Assembly (NCBI GenBank): GCA_016748015.1
Contig: JAAOMT010000239.1
Location: 683,864 to 747,863 of the forward strand
DNA length: 64,000 bases
Source: Geosiphon pyriformis uo1
Taxonomy: Eukaryota > Fungi > Glomeromycota
Direction of reading: 5' to 3'
In this document: positions 1-10,285 of the stretch, in pieces
Position numbering within the stretch: position 1 is the stretch's first letter
How the letters are laid out: each line of letters begins with the position of its first letter
The notes under the pieces: generated by a model
Told to the model about the DNA's origin: nothing
What the model saw: the letters and a program-made list of their open reading frames with translations, nothing else
Databases searched by the model: none
Position numbers and translations under genes: made by a program

Positions 1-830
1 ACCACCTAAGCGGTCCGACTACGTATTGGATCAGTTATGGATACGTCCGGTGGGGTTCAGTAACAAGAAGGATTTCGTTTACAGGCCTTTTCTCGCTTGC
101 TTTTGTTGATACCACCACCTAAGCGGTCCGACTACGTATTGGATCAGTTATGGATACGTCCGGTGGGGTTCAGTAACAAGAAGGATTTCGTTTACAGGCC
201 TTTTCTCGCTTGCTTTTGTTGATACCACCACCTAAGCGGTCCGACTACGTATTGGATCAGTTATGGATACGTCCGGTGGGGTTCATCTTAAGTATGGAGA
301 CACAGTGCCGAGGACGAATTCTTTCGCAGCTGTCTGATGGGATTTGGTGCCAAAAAAAGATTGCTTTTGCAACCCTGACTTACTTACTGATACCACCACC
401 TAAGCGGTCCGACTACGTATTGGATCAGTTATGGATACGTCCGGTGGGGTTCAGTAACAAGAAGGATTTCGTTTACAGGCCTTTTCTCGCTTGCTTTTGT
501 TGATACCACCACCTAAGCGGTCCGACTACGTATTGGATCAGTTATGGATACGTCCGGTGGGGTTCAGTAACAAGAAGGATTTCGTTTACAGGCCTTTTCT
601 CGCTTGCTTTTGTTGATACCACCACCTAAGCGGTCCGACTACGTATTGGATCAGTTATGGATACGTCCGGTGGGGTTCATCTTAAGTATGGAGACACAGT
701 GCCGAGGACGAATTCTTTCGCAGCTGTCTGATGGGATTTGGTGCCAAAAAAAGATTGCTTTTGCAACCCTGACTTACTTACTGATACTGCCACCTAAGCG
801 TTCTGACTACGTATTGGACCACTTATTGAT
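1..830. repeat. Higher-order tandem repeat: 66-bp core + 47-bp spacer A or 102-bp spacer B; unit lengths 113,113,168,113,113,168, then a degenerate terminal core
   Basis: Core tgataccaccacctaagcgg...ggtggggttca starts at 107, 220, 388, 501 and 614 (partial at 1; degenerate at 782). Copies look identical. The array runs off the window's left edge. Confidence 0.95.
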
Positions 831-858
831 ACTATTGATATTGGAAATTTTTTTTTAG

Positions 859-2776
859 CGTCAAGCTCGGTCGGAAAAAGTAATGTTATTCTGGGAAGAA
901 ATGGAAGCTGATTTGCAATTCAACAATCCTGTAAATCCTAAGAGCATTGAATCCTTGTCTAAAAGAAGTTCTAAAAGTGATGATGATACCTACACATATC
1001 TACAGCCTATAAAGAAAAAAGTAATAAACCAATCGCCTCTTTCAAGATTCATTAAATTAGTCGGATTTTCAACCCTTTGTTTTAATTGATTATTATTTAG
1101 AGAACCAGCAAGAATGCTACAACCTATACAGTGGAAGAGAGGAACCTCTCATTTGAATATCATGGTTCTGATGAAAGTAATAACGCATCTGAGAGGAATC
1201 TTCTATGTAAAAAAAGTGAGTTTATGGCCTATGATGATGCATTGGAAAGATGTGCCAGAGAGACTTTTCAGCGTGATGGGGAATGGCTTGTCGGTATTAA
1301 AAAGATGAATGTGCGCGATATGCTGACATTATGGCAGAATGAAAGGGAGCGTTCTCATGATGAGTAAGTTTTGTCTATTTTATTTTGTAAAATGTATTAA
1401 GTAAACAAACTAATTTACATAGATAATATACAAAAATTAGTTTAGCCTATTACGATATAATTGATATCACACCTAAGACCAATAGTGATTTCCTTAATGA
1501 TTGGCCAGATGAAAAAGGAGAAATGAGTAAATTTGGATCGCCATTACCTAATATTCAATATGCTGACATCAAGGCATTAATTGTAAAAATAATTAAGGTA
1601 TTTTATTTTAAACGATTTAGCATCAAATAGATGTTAAAATATTTATTAACATGTTTTTTATTATAGGCATCTGATTTTCGAAAAGAATTAGAAACAAATT
1701 TTTTATCGACAAGAAATGATGAGCGAAAAATGTTTATGTGGGACTTTATGTATCAACTGTAAGTATTTTTATTTGCTATAGTAAATATATATAAAATTAA
1801 TATTTTATGATTAACATTTTATTTATTTTTTATAGTCTTAATTCTTTTGATCGTAGAAACGATCTTCTACATGAAAATTTATCTGAACGAATGTATCGTG
1901 AAGTTTTCTTATCACCAGTAATACAAAGTTTATTTCAAAAAACAGTCAACAATATGAATGTTTTTTTGTAAGTAATGAATATTATAAATTTTATGATTTT
2001 TTATTTCATAAAGTCATTAACTTGGTAAAATTTAATTTTATAAGTGGTGAAGTATGCTTGTTTGCTTCGGCAGAAGATTATGATTTAAAAAAAAGTGATG
2101 AAGAACATCGTAGTATTGGACGAAAAATCGACATTATTTGGACAACAAAACCACCAAAATTGGAATTTGCTATTGCTGAAATTAGTGGTCCACCTAATCA
2201 ACATCAGCATTCACATTTCTTTGAAGATAAAATAAAAATCGCCAAAATGCTGAAAATAATGTTGAATAGAATAGTACGATTATATGGTGGTATTAGCAAT
2301 AACCTTAATTTGTTGAAACTTTATGGCTTACAAATTTACGGTAAATACTTTCAAATTTTTTATTATATTTTTTTTTGAATGTTTGCTTAGTTATTATTTT
2401 TTTAAATTCTAGATCATACTGCATATGTTTATGAAATGACTATTCCATATAGAGGATTATATATACATAGAGAGGTTTTACAATTTAAATTACCGACGAA
2501 TCAAATTAATATATCGTTATTGCGTTCATGCGTGCCACAATTTCTTTTATTTAAGGTAAGTATTTTTGTTATTTTTTCCTTTAACTTCTTGTTTATTAAC
2601 TAAGATTTATGTAGGAAATGCTCATACAAAGCTTGACCAATTTGAATACTTATATAAGAGAAGCGGGTATGAGTACACCAACTGAAAATGATCGTGCATG
2701 TTTATTTGTGACACCAATGTCATACACACCAAATAGTAAAAAAAAGATTAAATCTAAAAAAAGTATTGAATTATAA
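859..2776 (+). CDS. Multi-exon hypothetical protein with C-terminal PD-(D/E)XK restriction-endonuclease-like domain (Crinkler-associated REase type); 5' end probably upstream
   Basis: About 8 exons joined by GT-AG introns (e.g. 1021-1100, 1364-1422, 2341-2412, 2556-2614). Motifs: SERMYREVFLSP, GEVCLFAS, GRKIDIIW, EFAIAEISG, DKIKIAKMLK, YGLQ. Stop TAA at 2774-2776. The acceptor at 858 is in frame with ATG 883. Confidence 0.65.
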
Positions 2777-3014
2777 ATTTAAGATTATCCGATTTTTTCC
2801 TTTCTCATTATCAAAACTAAAATGTAAGATATATTATATCATTCTCAAGAAAGCGATCATGTGAACGAGATTATCTGGCTTTCTAAATGTGCAATGATCA
2901 CCTGACTTCATACAGTTATTAACAATCAAATTTCAGTTAGTATCAAGGATCCCGCTTATTACTGACGCTACGCCGCGCAACTCAATTTCCGTTCTTTTCT
3001 TGCACTTGCACAAT

Positions 3015-4444
3015 ATGATTAGACTCGCCTCTCATGCTGGCTTTTGGTACACTGATAAAGGTGACTTTTATAAACAATAAATAGCCCACTGTTAAAACGT
3101 TTGTAAAAGACCTTACAGAAATACTGTTGAATTTATCAAAGGGTCCCTTTTAAGTGAACAACTTTCTCAGTGGCTAGAATGTGTGCCTTCAAAGACAGAG
3201 GACGGCATGCCTATTCCTGTCAAAGGTGCTCGGGCTATTATCGCTCCGTGAGATACTTTAAGATTACTTTGAGTATTATTTTACCATTTTAATTTTTTGA
3301 CAACTTGATCTTTACTTCCTTTTCTAGGCATGCGGGTTACTCTTATAGTGGACCGGCTGCCGCCTTTGCGTACAAGTGTATTGACCAAAGACCATTGTAA
3401 AATTTACATAAAGAACTATCCTATTCAATTTTGAATCTGCTTCAACTTTGGCTTTATTACAGAAAACGTGTTTTTATACTCGGACCTTCACATCATTTCC
3501 ATCTTTCTGGATGTGCAGTTTCGCAGTGTACCCAATATGAAACACCTTTGGGAAATCTAAATTTGGATATGGATGGTGAGTGAGACAGTTAAACCTAATC
3601 ATTTTATCATAAAATTAATACTTAAAGAATTTCCCAATTGTAGTTTCAAAAGAACTCCAGGATACGGGATATTTTACCGAAATGACACAAAATGTGGATG
3701 AGAATGAACATAGTATTGAGATGCATTTACCATACATCTACAAAATCTTTGAGAGGTTAGTTTCATTGAGCAATTTTTTGTAGTATCACGCGGCAATGGC
3801 TTATATTGTTTTGTTTTTATGATTATTCATTTAGCAAAATTGATTCAATCAAAATTATCCCTATATTAGTGGGTGCTTTGTCAACATCCCAAGAAGTTCT
3901 TTATGGGCGCTTGCTTAGCCAATACCTTGCTGACACGGATAACCTATTTATAATCTCATCGGATTTTTGTCATTGGTAGTCGAATTTTTCTATACTTTTG
4001 TTACGAATGACCAAAGTATTGACCGCTGATTTGGTATTGTCATTTCCGCCAAGGGGTCATCGATTTTCGTATACTTATTATTCAGATGGGACGGATACAA
4101 GGACTCAACTGTCTGGCAAATTCAACACACCACTTCCGATCCCTATTTACAAATCAATTGAAAACCTTGATCGGACAGGAATGGCAATAATCGAGAAGAT
4201 TAACCACCAAGATTTTGTTTCCTATTTGGCAAAAACAAAAAATACTATTTGTGGTCGCCACCCAATCGGAGTACTTCTTTGTGCAATTCAAGAACTAAAT
4301 CCGCACTTATCAGGGAGAAACGCAAGTCATGCCGTGAATGCAGAACCAAAAATGAGATTCATTCATTACTCACAATCTAGTCAAGTGACTAGTGAGAGAG
4401 ACAGTAGCGTAAGCTACGCCTCGGCTTACTTTTATTTGCCCTGA
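3015..4444 (+). CDS. MEMO1: MEMO1 family protein (Mho1-like)
   Basis: Spliced translation: [12 protein letters not shown]...[12 protein letters not shown]...ILGPSHH...[10 protein letters not shown]...SSDFCHWG...NTICGRHPI...YSQS...DSSVSYAS. Confidence 0.93.
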
Positions 4445-4695
4445 ATATCACCATCATGTGATTAGCCAGTCAAATGATAATAGTGAATATTTGATAGGCC
4501 AAAAAACCCCATCATTCACTTTATCATTTGACATATAATAAGGCAACATAAAACATAGCCGCACAAATATGAACTGATGCATTATCGTGATATAGCCTCG
4601 TACGAGGACACAATAATGCATAGTTCAACTATGCTGTCGTTATGTCAAAAAAAGCGAATATTAAAGAGTTGATCCTTCCTTGATATAGTCAATGG

Positions 4696-5952
4696 TCATC
4701 TCTTCTTGTAAGATTCGTAAACTACCGATTTCTCTTTGCGATCTTTCCGAGAGGGAAAAACTTTTTCGCTCGATTGGTCTTCCAATCTATCACGACGATT
4801 ATTTGAATTAGAAATTTCATAGTTATAACGCTTGTTTCTTTCGTACATGATGTTTCCATCGAAAAGATGGTGGCTATTTCGTCTGCTTGCTAAATCCTCT
4901 CGAGCAAGTGATGTTCTTACATAATTACCGAGTCTTTTCTCAGAACAATGGTCTCCACTGTGTGCTTTACTCCCGCAGAGATAGCATAAAGTAACGGGTG
5001 GTCTTCCTTCCATAGAAAATCCTGGATTAAGTATATATCGTCGCCATATAGATTCCTTTGGTATATCAAATTCTCCCTCTTCTGAGTCATCGACTTCATC
5101 TGAATCCTCGATCACTTCTGGGCAATTCCGAGGTGAATGTCCTTGTTTTCTGCATACGTTACAATATTGTGGCACGAAATACCTATTATTTTTTCTTGTA
5201 TTCTTCTCCGATAAATTATAACTGTTGGGAGATTCATTAGGCTTTGGTAAACTTGATGGTGGATGAATAGTGATAATTTGTTGAGAAAAGAAAGCTTGAT
5301 CGCTAATTTCTACGTTAGAAATTGGTTGAATAGCCTTGTCGACTTTCATTTCTCGATCTGATTGCTCTTCTGAAGAATAAGAATCAGATGGATCACCCAA
5401 TGATATTTTTTCCTTTGCTTGAAAACAATTAGAAAATCTCATTGAAGAAATAGGCTTGCGACCTATAGCATATTTTGATTCATTTTCGGGTGGTTTTTCA
5501 GGGATTTTAGACGCTCGGTGCCTTGAATCGATCTCATACTCATCGCTTGAACTATCAATTATGTAAACTTTTGGTTCCTCGCCTTTACTATCTATTTTAT
5601 GGGGTGAGTTGTACCTTTTTCTAGTTGGGCTTTTTGGGAAGAATTGTCTCGGGCTGTTTGATGGTGTTGTAATTAGGCTATTGGTGTCTGGAGAGAAGCC
5701 TTCGTTTTTTTTGTAATTTTTAGAAGTGTAATCTGATTTTGTTACTGGTGAGTTACCAGCACTCGAAGAATTTTGTTGCTTTTGAGGTTTAAGGCAATCT
5801 TGAAAAATAGAGGGTGCCTTGCTTGTGTAATATATATGGCTCAATAAAGTTTCTGTATCGCTGAGTTCAGCTTCACAATCTGTCTCCAAATCTTGTTCTT
5901 TATATAGTTCATCTTCTAGCTGCAAAGCTTGATCATAAGCTTCTTCGTCCAT
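4696..5952 (-). CDS. Zinc-knuckle (CCHC) protein, Air1/Air2/ZCCHC7-like TRAMP subunit
   Basis: Single ORF from ATG at 5952. Two CX2CX4HX4C knuckles (CNVCRKQGHSPRNC, CYLCGSKAHSGDHC) flank an IWRRY motif, matching the Air-family IWRxY linker. Confidence 0.7.
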   Translation of the reverse strand: MDEEAYDQALQLEDELYKEQDLETDCEAELSDTETLLSHIYYTSKAPSIFQDCLKPQKQQNSSSAGNSPVTKSDYTSKNYKKNEGFSPDTNSLITTPSNSPRQFFPKSPTRKRYNSPHKIDSKGEEPKVYIIDSSSDEYEIDSRHRASKIPEKPPENESKYAIGRKPISSMRFSNCFQAKEKISLGDPSDSYSSEEQSDREMKVDKAIQPISNVEISDQAFFSQQIITIHPPSSLPKPNESPNSYNLSEKNTRKNNRYFVPQYCNVCRKQGHSPRNCPEVIEDSDEVDDSEEGEFDIPKESIWRRYILNPGFSMEGRPPVTLCYLCGSKAHSGDHCSEKRLGNYVRTSLAREDLASRRNSHHLFDGNIMYERNKRYNYEISNSNNRRDRLEDQSSEKVFPSRKDRKEKSVVYESYKKR

Positions 5953-6420
5953 GCTAGCTGATGTTATAAAAAGACAAAACCTTGTAAACAATGAACCAAA
6001 TTATTTCCAGATCTTTCAATTTAGTATAGTAAACCGAGCTAGCCTAAAATTAATAATGATACAAAATTCCTTTGTACGCATCTCGGACTCTCACAGTTGG
6101 AAAGAATTACTATGAATGAGAGAAATTAGCTTGATAATTCTGCCAGGCGTATCGCGATAATGCTCCTATACATCTTGATACAAGATCTTCGTAAGTTATA
6201 TGATACAAGGCTTCAGTATTCAGTGCTAACATGCCAAAGATAGAAATTCTATACAGATTTTGATGCTCCAATTGAATATTTCATCACTAACATATTTCTA
6301 ATTATCCCTACAATTAACCAACCAAATAGAATTGAAAAGAATAGCTGGTCAATCAAGGGGCACTCGTATTAACTATTTGTTTGCAGAGCATCTTTCTCAC
6401 TCAGTTTTTTCCCTTTGCTC

Positions 6421-9257
6421 ATGGACGAGAACAAGTCTCAAACTCTCCATGTTACAGGAATACTTATTTATCGTTTACACCGCCAAGTTGAATTTTTATT
6501 GTTAAACGACAACTTCACACATAAAAAACATTGGACAGCCCCTAAGGGAAACGTTATTGGATTTGAAGACGAATTAAAGTGAGTTTTTAATTGAGCTAGC
6601 AGCTTTCTGGAAAAACCCACTCACCTTGCTATGGGTCCAAGATTTGCATTTATCTCTCAGTTTTGGTATCCTGATTCGATATAAAATAGAGTATGATACT
6701 GCGAATTTTCAGACCATTCATCAATTGGACTTAAAAAGGTATTTATCAACTTTCACTGGCAGATGCGCACTCCGTAACACTATCGAAATCACTGGTCTTT
6801 CCCCAAAGGATTTGAGAATTGAAGAAAATTTTAGAGTTGAAATTAAATATCTGTCAGGAACCCGGTTAGCCAATTTAAATCAATTCCTTTGATATAAAAT
6901 TCACAAAGAAAGCATTTGTTAACAATATTTAATAATTCTTACAGACCAAAAAGAGTTGTCTATTATCTTGCCCAAGTCAGCGATCATGCTCGTGTTTATA
7001 CGACCGGTGAAGGTCTCAATTTTAATTGGTTACCCCTTCAAAATGCTGTCGAAAAGGCGATTTACAGAAATATGCAGGATGTTCTCCGACAGGCCGCCTC
7101 TTTTATTGAGAAAAATAAGCCGCAGAGAAATCCCGATTCATCATTACGAGTACGAATTCAAAAGGGTCAAGGTCAAGCCAACAGCGATAGACTAGAGTCT
7201 AGATTCAAGAACTTGAATTTAGCCTTACCCCTGGACTCGCAACGTCAAGCAATGTCCAGACAGAGAAATGAACTGCAAAATGAACAAAGACAGCAGAATC
7301 ATCATCGTACAGAGAAAAATGGCAATGGTTATTCTTCGCCCCTTCACTCTCCTGTAATGCCTTTCGAGAACCCGCTTTACAAAACCCGTCTTTGTGAGCG
7401 ATTCGAGACCGAGGGATTCTGTCCATATGGTTCAAAATGTACCTTTGCTCATGGAACTGATGAATTACGAGAGAGACCACTTACTGAAGATAAACCTGGA
7501 CTGCCGACTATGACAAAAGATGGTCCTGAAAACCCTCTTTATAAAACGCGTCTGTGTGAGCGTTTTATAAAAGAGAATTTTTGTCAGTATGGGCCAAAAT
7601 GTAATTTTGCTCATGGAGAAAAAGAGTTAAGGGAGCAAAAACATCACCCTCCTAATTATCCACATGGGGAACATAAACAGAACCAAAATAATCCTAACTA
7701 TCAAAGGAATCAGCAACAGTTACAAGGGAAGGAAGATGGCAAAAATCACGAAAAAGATTTTACTCAAAATCCCCACTCTCAAGATGAAAAAGAAACGCGC
7801 CCTTTTCGCGATAATTTTCAGATTCTGAAGCATTTTCCGAATCGCTATATTAACATTCCAGGTGACGCGTCAAAAAGGTCATCTTTTGCGAGCGCGACTA
7901 ATTTTTCCCGGTCCGAAATTCAGAATGGGATTTTTAATCGCATTTCTATTGTTTCGGTCAATGATTCATCATCCTCAATTCCATCAGTCAGTCGAGTCAG
8001 GTAAAATTCGAACAATATTTTATTATAATAATTTTTTAACATTTAATTTTCCCAATATACAATTCAGGCTTCCTAATTTCGCATCTGTTTTCTTATTGTG
8101 CCATAATTTTTTTTATAATTATGTAATACATTTAGTCCTTCCCAACAGTCGCCTAATGAGGAAGATTTTCCCATCGAACGCCATCAGGCCGAAAATCACC
8201 AGGAAGTTTTTAAGAATGATGACAAGCAGGAAGAACATATGCATCTTGAAATTGATCAGAAGGAAAACCAAGAAAAAGAAGAGATAAATAATAGAGAAGA
8301 AAACGTCGAAAGGAAGGAAATAGAAAATAAAGAATCCCAACCACGAGATTTATCTCCTTTGCCACTGGCGAATAGCCCTAGGGTACCAGTGAACGCGCGT
8401 CGTAAGCCTGCTATCAACGATACTGTCTCCTTGAAAGATTTACTAAGTGGCAACGTAAAGGTATTTAGCATTCATGTATATGCGTTTATCACATGATTTT
8501 TAATTTTTTAATTCTTGACATAAAGCCACAAAATGAAAAATCATGGATGAAAGTAGTCGAATTTTCAGACGATGAACTGGCAAAACTGGAGAAAATGTAA
8601 GTGCACTTTTTCGCTTTGATTTTTGGTCCATCCATGTTTTATCACTTATTTCGAGTTCCCTTCCATATTGAATCAGTAAAAAAATTGATACGCATCCATT
8701 AACTGTGGATAAAAGATCACATGAAGATTTGCTTGTTAATGATCTAAAGCGATTTTTTGCCACTGTGAAAGAACAATCAAAACTCATTTCTGAGGAGATA
8801 AAGGAGATCACACGTATCGAAATGAGGCATGATTTGAGTAAACAGCAATTGTTCACGACAGTTATCCGAGGCCTGTATGAAGGCTCTACATGGGATACTA
8901 TTTACCAAAGCGTACCTAATAAAGAAAAGTTATTCAAAACGGTAGAAAAATTGATACTTCTAATTTGATTTAAAAAATTCCATAGTCTTATGACTCATTT
9001 GTTTACTATCCGTTTAGTACATTCATTCCAGCCAAGATCAAATTATTTTCCTCACATGCTGGGAGAAATTCTTTCTGCAACGCAGTTCAAACCTTATTAT
9101 TAAAACACCTCTTCTCTTCAAGCTATTTTACGATAAAGATTGGATTGAAGAAGATTCTATTCTGGAATGGTACGATAAAGCAAACGATACAAGTGACGTA
9201 AAAAAGAAATGTGCTATTTTCGTTAATTGGCTACGAGAGGCCGAGGAAGAAGAGTAA
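6421..9257 (+). CDS. Fusion protein: N-terminal degenerate Nudix (Ap4A-hydrolase-like) domain + two CCCH zinc fingers + C-terminal W2 (eIF5/eIF2B-epsilon/eIF4G-type) domain
   Basis: About 7 exons. N-terminus GILIYR..VEFLLL..HWTAPKG..E..CALRNTIEITGL..KRVVYYLA. Two YKTRLC-X8-C-X5-C-X3-H fingers. C-terminus KLFYDKDWIEEDSILEWY...FVNWLREAEEEE*, stop 9255-9257. Confidence 0.82.
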
Positions 9258-10285
9258 GTTTATGAAAGGCCCAAGTATTTCTCTATCAATTTTTCCAATA
9301 AAAATTATTTCCTTTATATGTTTATTTTCTTTAACGTTTGAGGATAACTTTGTTCGACTTATTATACATCCTTATCGGTTTGAGATTTTAGTCACGTTTT
9401 AATTACTAGAATGAACTTTTCTATATTTATTCAATGAGGGTTAGTGACGCATATAAAGCTGGCTACCTACAAATTTCCTTAAGTTCATGATGGCGCGAGC
9501 CTACAAGTCGTAATGGGCAAAGATCAATTGGTTATAAATATTGTATAGCTAAGATGAAAAGTATACAAGAATTTCTCGCATCTTTTCGAGCTTTTGGCGG
9601 AAAAAAAGGGTAGCTTATTATTTCAGTGTTGAGGGATCTAAAATTTTCGACTATTAATTTGAACCAGCAATCGCTGAACGAACCTTCAAACAGTTTCAGA
9701 TGTTCATCGCCACGTTTGTGGGTCCCAATTTTGGTTTAGATTGTATCATTATTGCCGGACCTGGATGTACATAACTTTTAAATCTAGAGATGAAAGGTTC
9801 GTTGAAATTTAATTTTCCTAGAATTGGATGTTCTAATGATCACCATATTAAAATATGACTGTCAGAAAATCTGGTCGCCGATTCAGATTCACGATCGATA
9901 AGCTTCTCAAAAAGGCATTGGGAAGCGCCTTTGTAAATGTACGTTCAGCCTAAAATCGGAAAGAGTAAAACTGCATAAGGTAGGATGCAATGAGAATAAA
10001 TACAGATTTCTGATTGGATAAAATATTGTCTCGACATCCTATAATATATTGATTCTTGAGCTTTTCAGAATTTTTAAATCTAATCAAAGAATTCTTCGAT
10101 TAAAAAAAGGTGAATTAAATTCAAATATTTGATTCTATCAAGTGGGAATCTTAAAATTACTCTTAATACAAGATAAATCCTAAACATTTTTTTTCCGACT
10201 ATCAAATGCGACATTCAAACAATGGAGTCATGTTCATAAAGTTATTTGACAATCAATCAATTTCATAACTTTTTTCATTTGCCAA

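Noticed and set aside
107-172. Pistol- or twister-like ribozyme in the repeat core (CCTAAGCG followed by a hairpin)
   Set aside because: No pseudoknot partner (TTAGG) or P1 stem is found, and twister's AAGCC/GAGGG elements are absent; only a covariance search could revive this.
1-830. CRISPR array
   Set aside because: Only two spacer types that themselves repeat, a 66-bp repeat, eukaryotic context and no cas genes.
210-858. ORFs 210-503 and 604-858 as proteins
   Set aside because: They start at TTG and are by-products of the tandem repeat, whose 113-bp unit is not a multiple of 3.
9400-10200. Possible small gene or ncRNA between the W2 fusion gene and APTX
   Set aside because: No convincing ORF, splice pattern or RNA motif recognised.
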